From an uncultured Gemmataceae bacterium (GTDB taxonomy: Bacteria > Planctomycetota > Planctomycetia > Gemmatales > Gemmataceae), in contig CAVVPN010000003.1 of NCBI GenBank assembly GCA_963750165.1, positions 2,496,001 through 2,560,000 on the forward strand: 64,000 nt of DNA, in the 5' to 3' direction. A program made the translations under genes and the position numbers. The stretch's first letter is position 1. Each line of letters starts with the position of its first letter. Below, one piece after another: positions 42,801 to 55,900 of this stretch. The notes under the pieces were generated by a model, which was not told where the DNA came from, did no database searches, and worked only from the letters and a program-made list of their open reading frames with translations.

Positions 42801-43967
42801 ACCAACTTCGCCGCCGGCTCGCTAACGGTCAACGGTCTCGGCACCCTCGGCACCAGTGCCGTGACCATCGACCAGGGCGGCCAGCTGACGCTCGACAACA
42901 CCGCCATCAATCAGCAGCGTTTCACCAATGCCACGGCCCCGAACCTCACGTTCAACACCGGCAGTTTCACGTACCTGGCGAACAACAGCGCGGGCACCAG
43001 TTCGGCCGAGACGGTGGGGACGGTCACGCTCAACAGCGGTCAGTCGGTCATCAACGCCGGCTACGCCGCGGCGCCGGTGACGGGCGCCGGCGGCTCGACG
43101 TTCACGGTCAACACCCTGGTGCGCAACCTGGGCGCCACGGTCAACTTCGTCGGCGGCACGGGCAACGCTTCGCCGCTCGGCGTGGCGACCAACGGCGTGC
43201 TGAACCAGCTGCTCGTCAACAACGGCCTGACGGCGACCAACGGCACGGCGGGCACGTTCTCGGCAAACGGTTACCAGTATTTCGGCAACGGGGCGAGTGG
43301 TGTCGGCAACATCATCCCGTTCGCGGAGGTCAACGGCGGCGTCGCGTCCGACTTCGCCAGTTACTCGACCACCGGCGTCACGGCGTTCGCCAACTACATC
43401 GTCCAGACGTTCAGTGCAGCCACCGGCACCCTGACGGTGACCACGGCGAGCGACATCATCAAGGTAGTCGATGCCTTCACCGCGGCCGTGACGGTCACGG
43501 TGCCGAGTAACACGACCTTCGGCGCCCTGCTCGTCAGCATGCCGACCACCGCCGCCGGCACGCTGCTCTTCACCTGGGCCAGCGGCAGTACGGTGACCAT
43601 CGCCAGCGGGGCCTACGTCTCGACCGGCAACAACACCGCGAACAACATCACCTTCGGCGTCTCGGGGGCCCAGTGGGTGCTCCCCGCCGCCGCGGCCCCC
43701 TTCACCGGCGAGACGATCGTCTTCGCGGACAAGGGCACCACCAGCAACCGCTTCGACGCCACCATCGTCGGCAGCGGCAGTCTGGTCGTCGGCGGCGCAG
43801 GCGCCTTCGCCTTCGACCAGCAGGCCGCCGGCTCCAACTACAGCGGCGGCACGACGATCAACGCGAGTTCCAGTGTGTTCCTCATTACGGCGACTGCCAA
43901 CTTCGGAACCGGTCCGGTCACGATCAATGGTGGTGCGTTTGCGCCGACTTCGCCGGTAATTTCGTGA
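36822..43967 (+). CDS. Giant autotransporter-associated beta-strand repeat (PATR) surface protein, N-terminal part, with LEPR-XLL motif and PA14 domain
   Basis: LRLEQLEDRTLLS; many LTKTGAGTLVLNAADTYTGQTIINGG-type repeats; PA14 FGVRWTG...SDD...LSAGLHDIRVDY; frameshift at ~43938-43942. Confidence 0.9.
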   Translation: MSLSSWRKIVRLVRRPLRFAPGQRPATELSASHGLRLEQLEDRTLLSTYQWLGTSSALWSDPGNWTGGPAGTFPSLAGDVAQFTGSITGSTTVTVNQAITVGEIDFNTASNITINSTGTNVLTLDNTPNPNAILNVAATNTGTQVLNTPVTVAAGTPLLASVSGGTLQLTSTADVIDATSAFTVNPGATLRASAAGAGSLVMGNLVDAGALGSAALNLAGGTLTLDPTASTAANGVASDYIAQTTNQLNGNDFLTTPAIAGTPTFQTAAVAAAPGLANTFAFGTNAPANLAGQSFGTNVPTTDFGVRWTGMLNVTTPGPTTFTSTSDDAMKVYVDGVLVVNNNASAGGHGPDAPVSGTVTLSAGLHDIRVDYTQGTGGDEALLTWTPAGGTAQPIPFSALYAPDPLDLGNAVNVTANSAIQLNGGNFTAVGLGALTLGADLTVTGQAGKRLNFSGATATVNPVTLNDTVDVGFVSSYATNPYTPGVVNIPNATFYKQGAGQLFLDNTSTTTPNVLLVLDIQGGRVVAVGSSTANSNSDPLGTGSVQFDGGTLSLDSRNGAVTFDNAVNVMTVGGTIEDQADAQTLALGSATTANTVTIASGLTLNVNTFGGTPTAVGNTAGATLQINEPISGGTLVKNNVPISTTANPGTLILSPVAANSFANLTVNGGTVTDTTAGGLSGAVAVNNGGQVTVNAAGTATNVTGFTVNPGGTVLIDDSAANVNNRLGSTTALNLAGGTFTLTGNATAATSEQLGAISVQSGFSTVNMNKGAGGTLTLSAASLAQTTAGAGVNFAAPSGGGVYGSTNLLNVTTALPSTNGIVPFATVTGTDFAAGGGNTIAAFVGYVTSLAAATATSNVKLTGNDVVPAAGLTVNSLIINGTNLSVTGSATLTSGAVLITGGTDSVNAPLNIGTAGALITNTGATANYNGPIGGSALAVAGGGTTVFNNADTYTGGTTLESGILSIGNPTGLGTGALTLINGTVQASIATTVSNAVNLTSAGGPNGTVTLGGSTPLTFSGAVNLTGDNTLTLANPAGTTFSGALSGTGSLTLVGGVANGTLALSGDNSAFTGALTLQGGNLVLGSNNALPGGATLSGGTVLASTAVTTSAALTVNGPVTFAGGNALTLGGAVTTTAGAALTVNNSTTITGAVTGPLELAGGLGTLTLDNSATVSGDTTVAGGTLSVGSAAPLGTGTLWLSGGTVQPTAAGLTFSNPVQLGGTPTLGGTVANAATFSGPVTLASATTLSVTNGTTITGVIGGGPTAGLTLAGGTLNLQAANTYTGTTTIGGGNLVLNGAGGALTATSGIVINQGGTLTLDNTGTNNTNRVNAAASVTFNGGTGVLLGNGSAPTVQAVGAITLNSGQSTITVNTSGPGAGFNPASLSRNPGATVNYTGNAVLPSTATSLLPFATANGSNFAVIDPVTGPAAFTAYTTSLPSGGGTGTENVKLTGGTTTVTQNTTIFSLVLANGANLTISPGVTLTLVSGGLLTVGGNSTISGGTLVLGTNATTDGVLSTDATTTSLTINSTIAGIGGLTLSGAGTVTLNAANTYTGTTWLNGGTLVLGNAAALTGGALSLTGGTLQTAVAGGVSLGNAVTLNNAAVTFSGSNPIVFTAAGSVTLGGLNNTVTVGNAAGTPLVVWNGTVTTLAGAVGNLIKSGPGTLVLSGANNYTGQTLVNQGIIQVQNTTNTAGTVPYTTPLGNPYAGAATTVAAGASVQILGTGLSIDKALVLNGGTLENLTGGNNTWTGNIVLAVPSTIAVDPATTLTITTATVNALPSGGISGSGNLTKTGAGTLVLNAADTYTGQTIINGGNVNVQNGLALGLPTGQGGDVVTVNAGATLQVQGGITVAGKNVTLNGTGFGNTAGQSGVLPQGALVNLTGTNTWSGNITLTGTAALTGGAVPLLAGSNTASSIGSASGTALFVSGVVSGTDLMKVGAGTLTLLNTDTYTGATVVLGGNLTLANNNTAAVGATTVAGSAVNGVTSTVNGVTYTNFAAGSLTVNGLGTLGTSAVTIDQGGQLTLDNTAINQQRFTNATAPNLTFNTGSFTYLANNSAGTSSAETVGTVTLNSGQSVINAGYAAAPVTGAGGSTFTVNTLVRNLGATVNFVGGTGNASPLGVATNGVLNQLLVNNGLTATNGTAGTFSANGYQYFGNGASGVGNIIPFAEVNGGVASDFASYSTTGVTAFANYIVQTFSAATGTLTVTTASDIIKVVDAFTAAVTVTVPSNTTFGALLVSMPTTAAGTLLFTWASGSTVTIASGAYVSTGNNTANNITFGVSGAQWVLPAAAAPFTGETIVFADKGTTSNRFDATIVGSGSLVVGGAGAFAFDQQAAGSNYSGGTTINASSSVFLITATANFGTGPVTINGGAFAPTSPVIS

Positions 43968-46900
43968 TTTCCAACCCCGTCAACCTGAACGGCTACGTCA
44001 CGCTCACCAACAACGCGGCCGGCGCGAACGGCGTCTTCACCGGCCCGGTGACGCTGACCGGCAATACCGTCCTCAACACCCTGAACCCGGGCACCGCCGG
44101 CGCCATCCTCTTCAACAGCCCCATCACCGGCAGCAACGCCCTGATCCTGGCCAGCACCGGCGCCAACGAGCCGCTCAACTTCAACAACGCCAACACCTAC
44201 ACGGGCGGCACCTACCTCGTCGGCGGCACCCTGTTGGTCAACAACAATGGCGCACTCGGCACCGGAGCTGTGACCTTCGCCGGCGGCACCCTCGCCGCGC
44301 TGTCCGACCTCACCAACATCGCCAACACCGTCAACCTGCCAAACGCGACCGGAGTCATCGGCGGCAGCAACAACCTCAACTTCACGGGCACGGTCAACCT
44401 GCTGGGCACCGGCACCCTGGCCGTGACCAACACCGGCCTGACGACCGTCTCCGGTACGATCACCGACGGCGGTACGGCCAACACCGCTGGCGTTCTGGCC
44501 ACCGCGGGCAGCACCGGCACGCTGAAGCTGACGGGCACCAACACCTACAGCGGTGGCAGTTCACTCAGCGCCGGCACCGTCATCCTCGGCGGCAGCAATG
44601 TGCTGGGCACCGGCCCTGCGGTCCTCAGCGGCGGCACGCTGATCGGGACGACGCCGCTCACAATCGGCAACGCCCTGGTCCTGACCGGCAATTTCACCGT
44701 GACGGGCAGCAACGCCCTGACCTTCACTGGCGTGACCACCCTCGGCGCCAACGTCACCATGACCGCGAACAACGCCACCACCCTCGGCGGCCTGATCGGC
44801 GAGACGGGCGGCTCCCGGTCGCTGACACAGGCCGGTTTCGGCACGTTGGTGCTGACCGATCCGGCGAACTATTTCTCGGGCGGCGCCACGCTGAACGGGG
44901 CGACCGTGTCGCTCGGCACCTTGGTCGTCGGCAGCCCCACCGCCCTGGGCACGGGCACGCTGACACTGACCAACGGCATCGTTCAGGCCGGCGGCGTGTT
45001 CGCCATCCCGAACGCCGTGAATCTCAACGGCGGCCTGGTCACCTTCGCCGGCGCCAACCCGCTGGTCTTCAACGGTGCCACGAGCCTGGCGGCCGGCACG
45101 ACCACGCTGCTGGCCAACACTCCAGCGACGTTCAACGGCGTCATCAGCGGCACCAACGCCCTGGCCCTGGCCGGCGGCAACGTGACGCTGACCGCGGCCA
45201 ACACCTACACGGGCGCCACCAGTGTCAGCGGCGGCACTCTCACCCTGAGCGGCGGCGGCACCCTGGCCGTGACACCGATCGCCCTCAACCAGGGCGGCAC
45301 CCTCACCCTGGACAACACCGGCACCAACAACCCCAACCGCATCGCCGACGCCGCCGCGCTCACCCTCAACGGCGGCACCCTCAACTACCTGGGCAACGCC
45401 GCCGCCGCCTCGACCGAGACTCTCGGAGCCATCACCCTGGGCGCCGGCAACTCCACCATCACCACGACCCCGGGCGGCACCCAGAGTGTCACCCTGACCC
45501 TCACCAGCCTGGCACGGGCGGCGGGCTCGGGCGGCTTCGTCAACTTCACCGGCACCGGCCTGGGCACCGCCAGCAACCAGGTGCTGTTCACCACCGCCCC
45601 GACACTGACCGGCACAGCTCAGCCCGGCGGCACCGGCCTGCTGCCCTACGCCCAGGTCAACGGCAGTGACTTCGCCACCGTCGGCAGCAACGGCGTCACG
45701 GCCTACAGCGGCACCGGCAGCGCCTACGCCCCGACGGTCAGCGGCGCCGCCCCGGGGGCCAACGTTCTCATCAACGCCGCGACCAACGCCAGTGACACCG
45801 TCACGACGAGCGAGACCATCAATGCGCTGACCCTGCAAGGGGACGTGACGCTGACCATCAACCCGGGCGTGACGCTGACCATCACCAGTGGCGACCTGTT
45901 CGTGAGCGGCACCACCAACGGCGTGACGATCACGGGCGGTGGCACACTGGCCCTGGGCGAGGCCGTCATCACCACCGCGGCCGGCTCGGCGGTGACGATC
46001 AACACACCCGTGAGCGGCACGAACCTGACACTGGCGGGCGGCGGCACCGTCAACCTGCCGGTGGGCAACACCTTTGGGGCGGGGGGCACCACCCTGGCCG
46101 GCAGTACCCTCAACCTGGGCACCACGATGGCGCTCGGCACCGGCACCCTGACCCTGGTGAGCGGCACCCTGACGGCGACCCCGGCCAACGGTCTGCTCTT
46201 GAGCAACGCCGTGATCCTGAGCAACAGCACCGTCACCCTCGGCGGCAGCAACCCGCTGCTGTTCTCCGGCGCCGTCGCGCTGAACGGCACCAACGACACG
46301 CTGAACGTCACCAATTCCGCCTTGACGGACTTCAACGGAGTGATTTCCGGCGCCGCGATCCTGACCAAGCTGGGCACGGGCACCCTGGTGCTGTCAGGGA
46401 ACAACACCTACACGGGCCTTACCGAGTTGAACCAGGGCATCATCCAGGTGCAGGGCAACAACGCCCTCGGCAGTGCCACCGCCACCGTGGTGGCGAGCGG
46501 GGCGAGTGTGCAGGTGCTGGCCTCGGGCCTGACCGTGGGCGAGGCACTCATCCTCAACGGCACCGGCCCGGACGGCACCGGCGCCCTGCGCAACCTTGCG
46601 GGCGGCAACAACACCTGGTCGGGCGGTATCACTCTGACCACCGCCAGCGCCATCGGTGCCGACCCCGGCACGGCACTGACCCAGAGCGGCGCCGTTGGTG
46701 GGATCGGCGATTTGACCAAGGTCGGTCTCGGCACGTTGAACCTGACCGCGGCCAACACCTACACCGGCCAGACCAACATCGACGGTGGCGTGGTCAGCGT
46801 TCAGAACGCCACCGCGCTGGGCCAGCTCACCGGCGGCGTGGTCGTCAACACCGGCAACGTCCAGACACTGACCTTCAGCGGCAGCCCCACGGGCGGCACG

Positions 46901-49900
46901 TTCACGCTGTCCTTCGGCGGCGCCAGCACCGGCCCCATCACCTACAGCACCAACACTGCCACGCTCCAGGTCAACATCGCCGCCGCCCTGGCCGCCGTCC
47001 CGGCCATCGGCTCGGCCGCCAACGTCGCCGTCAGCGGCAACGCCACTACCGTGACTGTGACCTTCCAGGGCACGCTGGCCGGCAGTTCGCAGCCGACCCT
47101 GGCCGTCACCGCCAACGCCCTGACCGGCGGCACTAGCCCGGCCATCGCCGTCAACGCCCCGGGCGCCACGCTCCAGCTCACGGCCACCGTGGCTGGCAAG
47201 TTGCTGACGCTCAACGGGACAGGCTTCGGCATGGTGGGGGCGCTGCCGCAGGGGGCCCTGGTCAACCAGGCCAACAACAACACCTGGACGGGTGATGTGA
47301 CGCTGACCGGCACCGTCGCCGCCGGAACCAACACGGCGGTGGGCGCCGCCAGTGCTACCACGCTGACGCTGAGCGGCATCGTGAGCGGCACCGACCTGGT
47401 GAAGGTGGGCGCCGGCGCCGTGACGCTGCTGGACGCCAACACCTACACCGGTGCCACCGTGGTCAACGCCGGCACCCTGACCCTGTCCAACACCAACGTC
47501 TACAGCGGCGCCACCACGGTCAGCGGCGCCTCGGTCGGCGGCAGTTTCGCGGGCGGCACCCTGATCCTGAACCTCTACGGCACCGCCCTCAACTCCAGCA
47601 GCTTCACCGTCAACCCAGGCAGCACGCTGACGCTCGACAACACCTTGTACAACGTCGCCGACGACGGCACCACCAGCTTCGGCCGCCTCGGCAACGCCGC
47701 GCCCGTGACGCTGATGGGCGGCACTCTCAACTTCCTGGCCGCCAACTTCCTCAACACCGCCACCGCGGAAACGGTCGGGGCCCTGAACCTGACCGGCGGT
47801 CAATCCACCATCCAGGCGGGCTATGGGACGGCAGCGCTGCTGACGGGCGTCAGCTCGAACCTGACCTTCACGAGTCTGACGCGCAGTGCCGGGGCCACGC
47901 TCAACTTCGTCGCCAACAACGCCGCCCTGGGCACGGGCACCACCAACCAGGTCGTCTTCACGACCGCGCCGACACTGGACAACAGCATCCTGCCCTACGC
48001 GACCATTGGCGGCACCGACTGGGCGACCACCGGCGCCAACGGCATCGCCACCTTCGCGGGCTACGTGGCCATGCCGAGCCCCGGCACCGGGACGGAGAAC
48101 GTCGCCTTGACGGCGGCGACCACGGTGTCGGTCAACACCACGATCAATTCGCTCAAGTTGAACGGCTTCGCCCTGACCATCAACGCTGGCGTCACACTGA
48201 CGATCAACACCACGGCCGGCTTCGGCGGCGGCCTCCTGGGCGGCAACACCATCAACGGTCCCGGCACGCTCACCTTCGGCGGCAGCCACGAAGGCATCGT
48301 CCTGACCAACACGGGCGCCACCACGACCGCGGCCACCAGCCTCGTCATCGCCGGGGCCACCACTGGTCTGACCGTTGGCGGCGGCGGGGGCGGCGGCACG
48401 CTGGCCCTGGGGACCACTGTCAACACCTATGGCAGTGGCACTACCCTCAACGCCGGCACTCTGAGCGTGTCGGCCAACAGCAACCTCGGCACCGGCACCC
48501 TGGTCCTCACCGGCGGCACCCTGAGCGGCGCCACCACGGTCGCGCTCGGCAACGCCACGACGATCAACGGCCCCGTCACGTTCACGTCCGCCGCGGCCAC
48601 GACGCCGCTGACACTCGCCGGCCCCGTCACCCTGGCGGCGGGCAACGCCGTCACGGTCAACACGGCTCCTGTGCTGTTCACGGGCACCCTGGCCGGCGCC
48701 TCCCTGGTCGTGGCCGGCGGCAACAATGCCCTGCAACTCAACGGCAACAACACCGGCTACAGCGCCCCGACCTTGCTGGCCGGCGGCACGCTGACGGTGG
48801 GCAACGCCAACGCCCTGGGCACCGGCGCGCTGATTTTCGCCGGCACCGCGGCCAACCCAGGCACGCTGACTGCCGCCTTCAAGGTGACCCTCAACAACAC
48901 CATCGTCGTGCCCAACACCACGGCCACCTTCGGCGGCGCCACCAACTTCACCCTGGGCGGCAACGTCGTCCTGATGGGCAACAGTGTCCTGGCCGTGACC
49001 AACACCGGATTAACCACCCTCTCGGGGTTCATCAGCGGCAATGGCGACCTGAACACCGCGGGCACTTCCGGGCCGGGCGGCCTGCTGCTGACGGGCACGG
49101 CCAACAGCTACACCGGCGGCACCTACGTCACCGCGGGCAACCTTTTCGCCGCCAACGCCAGCGTCTTCGGCAGTGGTCCCGTGGTCCTGAACGGCGGCAC
49201 CTTGCTGGCCAGCAGCGGCCCGCTGACCATCGCCAACCCGCTGCTGCTTTCCGCGAGCAGCACCATCACCGGCAGCAACCTGGTCACCTTCGGCGGCGTG
49301 ACGACGATCCTGGCCCCGATGACGCTGACCGCGAACAATGCCACAACGCTGAGCGGCATCATCGGCGAGAGCGGCGCCAGCAGCGCGGCGCGGACGCTCA
49401 CGGTCGCCGGTCTGGGTTCGGTGACGCTGGGCAACGCCAACAACTTCTTCACCGGCGGCGTCACCCTCAACGCCGCGGTGGCCAACGCGCCCACGGGCAG
49501 CCTGATCGTCGGCAGCGTCACCGCCCTCGGCACCGGCACCCTGACCCTGACCGCCGGCACCCTGCAAGCGGCGGCCTTTGCGATTGCCAACCCCGTGGCA
49601 CTCAACGGCGCCGCCGGCAGCCTGGTGGTCTTCGGCGGCAGCAACCCGATCACGTTCAGCGGGACGGGCACCTTCACGAACAGCCCAACAGTCCGGGCGG
49701 ACGCGGCAACGACCTTTAATGGCGTCCTGAGCGGCGCCGGCACTCCGGCCCTGCTCGGCGGCAGTCTGACCTTCACCGCGGCCAACACCTACACGGGCGC
49801 CACCAGTGTCAGCGGCGGCACTCTCACCCTGAGCGGCGGCGGCACCCTGGCCGTGACACCGATCACCCTCAACCAGGGCGGCACCCTCACCCTGGACAAC

Positions 49901-52900
49901 ACCGGCACCAACAACCCCAACCGTATCGCCGACGCCGCCGCGCTCACCCTCAACGGCGGCACCCTCAACTACCTGGGCAACGCCGCCGCCGCCTCGACCG
50001 AGACTCTCGGAGCCATCACCCTGGGCGCCGGCAACTCCACCATCACCACGACCCCGGGCGGCACCCAGAGTGTCACCCTGACCCTCACCAGCCTGGCACG
50101 GGCGGCGGGCTCGGGCGGCTTCGTCAACTTCACCGGCACCGGCCTGGGCACCGCCAGCAACCAGGTGCTGTTCACCACCGCCCCGACACTGACCGGCACG
50201 GCTCAGCCCGGCGGCACCGGCCTGCTGCCCTACGCCCAGGTCAACGGCAGTGACTTCGCCACCGTCGGCAGCAACGGCGTCACGGCCTACAGCGGCACCG
50301 GCACCGCCTACGCCCCGACTGTCAGTGGCGCCGCCCCGGGGGCCAACGTCCTCATCAACGCCGCGACCAACGCCAGCGACACGGTCACGACGAGCAAGAC
50401 CATCAACGCGCTGACCCTGCAAGGGGACGTGACGCTGACCATCAACCCGGGCGTGACGCTGACCATCACCAGTGGCGACCTGTTCGTGACCGGCACCACC
50501 AACGGCGTCACGATCACGGGTGGCGGCACCCTGGCCCTGGGCGAGGCCGTCATCACCACCGCGGCCGGCTCGGCGGTCACGATCAACACGCCCATGACCG
50601 GCAGCAACCTGACCCTGGCCGGATCCGGGACGGTCAATCTGCCGGCGGCCAACGCCTTTGCCGCGGGACAGACGGCCCTGGCGGGCGCGACCCTCAACCT
50701 GGGCACCACGGCGGCCCTCGGCACCGGCACCCTGACGCTGGTGAGCGGCACCCTGACGACGACTCTGGCCAGCGGCCTGTTGTTGACCAACGCCGTGACC
50801 CTGAGCAACAGCACCGTCACCCTCGGCGGCAGCAACCCGCTGCTGTTCTCCGGCGCCGTCACGTTGAACGGCACCAACGACACTCTGAACGTCACCAACA
50901 CGGCGACCACCGTGCTCGATGGCGTGGTTTTCGGCGCGGCCAACCTGACCAAGATGGGCGCCGGCACTCTGGTGTTGTCCAACAACGCCAGCACCTACAC
51001 CGGCCTGACCTTCGTCAACGCGGGCAACGTTCAGGTGCAGGGCGCCGCGGCGCTGGGCGGCGCCGGCGGCGCTACCGTGGTGGCCGCGGGCGCCGGCGTG
51101 CAGGTACTCGGCTCCGGCCTGACGATCGCCGAGTCGATCATCCTCAACGGCGCCGGCACCGACGGCAGCGGCGCCCTGCGTCTGCTGGGCGCCGGCAACA
51201 ATGCCGTCACGTGGACCGGCGGCATCACCCTGAATACCAACAGCGCGATCGGCGCCGACGCCGGCACCACCCTCACTCTGATGACGGGCGCCGTCGGCGG
51301 CCTGGGGAGTCTCACCAAGGTGGGCGTCGGCACCCTGGTCCTGAACAGTGCCAGCACTTACACGGGCCAGACCAACGTGAACGCGGGCGTGGTGAATGTC
51401 CAGAACGCCGCGGGTCTCGGTTTGGTCAGTGGCGGCGTGGTCGTCGGCAGCGGCGCCACGCTCCAGCTCCAGACCAGCGTGGCCGCCAAGGCCCTCACAC
51501 TGAACGGCGCGGGGTTCGGCAACAGCGGTGCCCTGCCGCAAGGCGCCCTGGTCAACCAGGCCAACAACAACACCTTCGGCGGCGACATCACCCTGACCGG
51601 CTCGGTCGGCCTGACGGGCGGCACCATCCCGCTGCTCTCGGCCGCCAGCACGGGCACGCTCATCGGCGGCGTCACCGGCACCACGCTGACCCTGACCGGC
51701 TCGGTCGGCGGCACCGATCTGACCAAGGTGGGTGCCGGCGCCGTCACGTTGACCGCGGCCAACACCTATACCGGCAACACCACGGTCCTCGGCGGCACGC
51801 TGACACTGTCCAACACCAACGCCAACACCGGGACCACGGTGGTCAGCGGCGCCGCGGTCGGCAGCGCCTTCACCGCCGGCACTCTCGTGCTCAACCTCTT
51901 CGGGACCACCGCGACCAGCACGGTCACCATCGACCAAAGCGGCACACTGACCCTCGACAACACCGGTGTCAACGTCTCTGGCCGCTTCAGCAACGCCACG
52001 AAGCCGAGCTTGACGTTCAACAGCGGCGCCCTCAACTTCCTGGCCAACGACGTGACCGGGACCGCTTCGAGCGAGACTGTCGGCACCGTCACTCTGGCCA
52101 CTGGCCAGTCCGTCATCACCGCTGGGTTCGCGGGTGTGACGTTCACGGGCGCCACCTCCGTGCTGACCGCCGCCGCCCTGTCCCGCACCTCGGGGGCCAC
52201 GGTCAACTTCTTCGGCGGCGTCGGCAACCTGACGCCGCTGGGCACCGCCAGCAACAAACTCGTCTTCACCGCCGCCCCAACGACGGTGGGCAACGGTGGT
52301 GGCATCCTGTCCTACGCCGAGGTCAACGGCGGCGCCGGCACCGGCGACTTCGCCACCTACGGCGCCAACGGCGTGGCCGCCTACACCAACTACGTCACCA
52401 GTCTCGCCACGGCGGGCGCGGGCGACATCGTGAAGATCACGGCCAACGCGACGGTGGCCGCCAACCAGACCATCGGGGCGTTGCTCATTGCCGGAACCGC
52501 CGGTATCACACTGACCATCAACCCTGGCGTCACTCTGTCCCTGGGCACCGGCGCGTTCATGACCGCCAACACTGGCGGCGGCAACAACATCGGGGTCGGC
52601 TTCAGCGCGAACATCTCGCAGGGCGCCCTCAACTTCGGCGCGGACGGGGTGTTCTTCGCGAACGGCACCGGCGGCAACAACATCGTGAGCACGGCCCTGC
52701 AGGGGACGGGCAACCTCGCCCTGTCCGGTTCCCCGGCGGCCTCGGGCGCCGTGGTCCTCAACACCGGCAGCAACACCAGCACACTCACCACGGTCAACTT
52801 CGTCCTGAACTCCGGGACGGTGAACACCGTGGCCAACGGCGTCGTCGTCGGCGCCAACTTCGGCACCGGCAGTCTGACACTTGTCGGCGGCACCCTGAAC

Positions 52901-55900
52901 AGCAGCAGCGGCACCTTCACCCTGGCTAACCCGCTGGTGCTCGCCGGCGCTGTCACCATCGGCACGACCGCGAACTTCATCTTCACCGGGCCGATCACCC
53001 TGGCGAGCAACGCCGTGGTCACCGCCAACAACACTGACTTCTTCAACGGCGTCATCGGCGAGACGGGCGGCCCGCGCACGCTGACGGTCCTCGGCACCGG
53101 CACGCTGACGCTGAACAACGCCAACACCTACACGGGCGGCACCATCCTGGCCGCCGCCGCCAACAGCGGCGTCCTGCAACTCGGCAATAACAACGCCCTG
53201 GGCAGCGGCACCCTGACTCTGGCCAGCGGCACGCTCAACACCAACAGCGCCGTCACACTGCCCAACGCCGTCCTGTTCCCCAACTCCTCGGTGTCGATCA
53301 CCAGCATCACCCAGGGCAACAACCTCACCTTCGCGGGCCCGACCACCCTGGTCGGCAGCAACACCCTTGGCCTCGGCCTGCTCGGCACCACCACCGCCCC
53401 GTTCTCGAGCGGCATGACCGCCTTCACGGGCGGCGTCAGCGGCACCGGCGCGCTCACGGTGAACGGCAACGGTATGCTGTCGTTGCCGACGGCCAACACC
53501 TTCACCGGCGGCCTGACCCTGAACGGCATCTCGAACACGCTATTCGCCCAGGGCGCCACGCCGGCCGGCAACGTGTTGACCCTGAGCGTCGGCAACAACA
53601 ACGCCGTGGGCACCGGGCCGTTGACGCTGTCGGCCGCCACCTTGACGAGCAGCACGGCGGTCACCCTCGGCAACGCCCTGCTGCTCACCAGTGTCGGGTT
53701 CACCGGGGCGACGACGGCGACCACGGCCACCATCACCGGCACCAGTGCGATCACCTTCACCGGCCCGTCTACTTTGTTGGCCAACACCACGCTCACGGTA
53801 AACGACACGGCCCCCGTGACGCTGGGAGGCGTCCTCGGCGAGAGTGGCGGCGCCCGTTCGCTGGCGGTCGCGGGGAGCGGCACCCTGGCACTCACCAGCG
53901 CCAATTATTACTCTGGCGGCACCACCCTGAGCCCGTTGAGCGGGCCGGGCGTGGCCGCCAGTTTCTTGAACCTGAGCGCCGCCCCGGCCACGACCACCGG
54001 CGTGACGCAGATCAACTTCAACGCGGCGCCGGTCTTCACGCGCCTGGACCCCAACGTCAACTACCCGACCGTCGCCGGCGGCCTGACGGGGCCCGGGACG
54101 GCTGGCAATCCGGCGGCCCTGCCCAGCGACGTGCAGATGACCAACGTGGCCGGGCAGTGGCTCGGCTACCTGAACATTGTCACGGGCGGCAGTTACACCT
54201 TCACCAACCTGAGCGACGACGCCAGCACGCTGTTCATCGACGGCGCCGCCGTGGTGACCAACACCACCAACACCACCGGCACCGGCACCGTGACGCTGGC
54301 CGCGGGGCTGCACCTGTTCCGGGTTATCTACTACAACGCCGCCGGCGGCGCCGCGCAGGTCATTAGCTACAACGGGCCCGACACCAACAGCGCCACGGTG
54401 GTCGTTCCCAGTTGGGGCACGGGCACGGGCGTGGCCAGCACGAACGCGGGCCTGCTGGCGATCCCGAGCGCCGCCGTCACCCTGAGCGCGGCCAATAACA
54501 ACGTCTTCGGCAGCGGCGGCTTGACGCTCAACGGCGGTGTCCTGCAGGCCACGACCGCCCTCACGCTCGGCAACGCGCTGACCATCGGCGGGACGCCCTT
54601 CGCGCCGCCGGCCTTCACCGGCAGCGCCATCACCTTCAGCAACACCGCCACGCTGGCGACCAACGCCGCCGTCTCGGTCAACAACACCACCACCTTCGCG
54701 GGCGTCGTCTCTGGAACCAACGGGCTTGCCCTGTCGAACGTGCCCGTGGTGGCCGGCGCCAGCGCGCTCACGGGCGGCGGCAACCTGATCCTCACCGCGG
54801 CCAACACCTACACGGGCGCTACCACCGTCAGCGCCGGCACTCTGACGCTGCGCGGCGACGGCACCCTGGCCTCGACCTCCGGCCTGACGCTCAACACCGG
54901 CGGCACACTGACGCTGGACAACAACGGCACCAACAACACCGACCGCGTCAACGACGCCGCCGCGGTCGCGCTCAACGGCGGCACCCTCAATTTCCTGGGT
55001 AACGCTGCCGCCCTCTCGACCGAGACGCTCGGCGCCCTCACCCTGACCGGCGGCGCCTCGGCGATCAACGCCGCCAACGGCGCCGGCCAGACCGCCCAGC
55101 TGACCTTCACCAACCTGACGCGCAACGCTGGCACGACGGTCACCTTCGGCAACGTGGTCGGCACCACCACCGGGGCCGCCCTGGGCAGCGCCGGCAACCA
55201 GATCGTCTTCGGCGGCGGGGCACCGCTAATCGGCACCGGCCAGCCGGGTGGCACCGGCCTGCTACCGTTCGCCACCGTCAACGGCTCGGACCCGGCCACC
55301 TATGGCACCAACGGTGTCGTCACCTACACCGGCACCGGCGCCGCCTACGCCCCCACGGTCAGCGGGGCCTTCGTCGGGGACAACGTCAACCTGACGGGCA
55401 ACAACACGGTCACGGCCAGCACGTACATCAACGCCTTGAAGGTCTCGGGCAACGCGACGCTGACCATCAACCCCGGCCAGGTCGTCAGCGTCGGCAGCGG
55501 CGGCATTGTCGTCGCCCCCGGCGGCAGCCTGACCGTTACTGGCGGCGGCACGCTCGACTTCAGCGGCGCGGAGGGCGTCATTCAGACGGCTCCTGGCACC
55601 AGCGCCACCATCAACGACACCATCACTGGCTTCAACGGCCTCACGGTCGGCGGCGGCGGCACCACGACCCTGGGCGCGGCCAACGTCTACATCGGCGCCA
55701 CGACCCTGGTTGGCGGCACCCTCGCGCTGGGCAACGTCAATGCCCTGCCGGCGGCGAGCGCCCTCAACCTCATCGGCGGCACCTTCCAGGCCAGCGGTGT
55801 CTACCCCGCCGGCACCACGCTCACCCTGGCCAACGCTGTCACCTTCACCAACAGCGCGGTCACCTTCGCCGGGACCATCCCGTTGATCTTCAGCGGCACG

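Noticed and set aside
43930..43970. Programmed -1 frameshift or phase variation
   Set aside because: No X XXY YYZ slippery site or long homopolymer/microsatellite.
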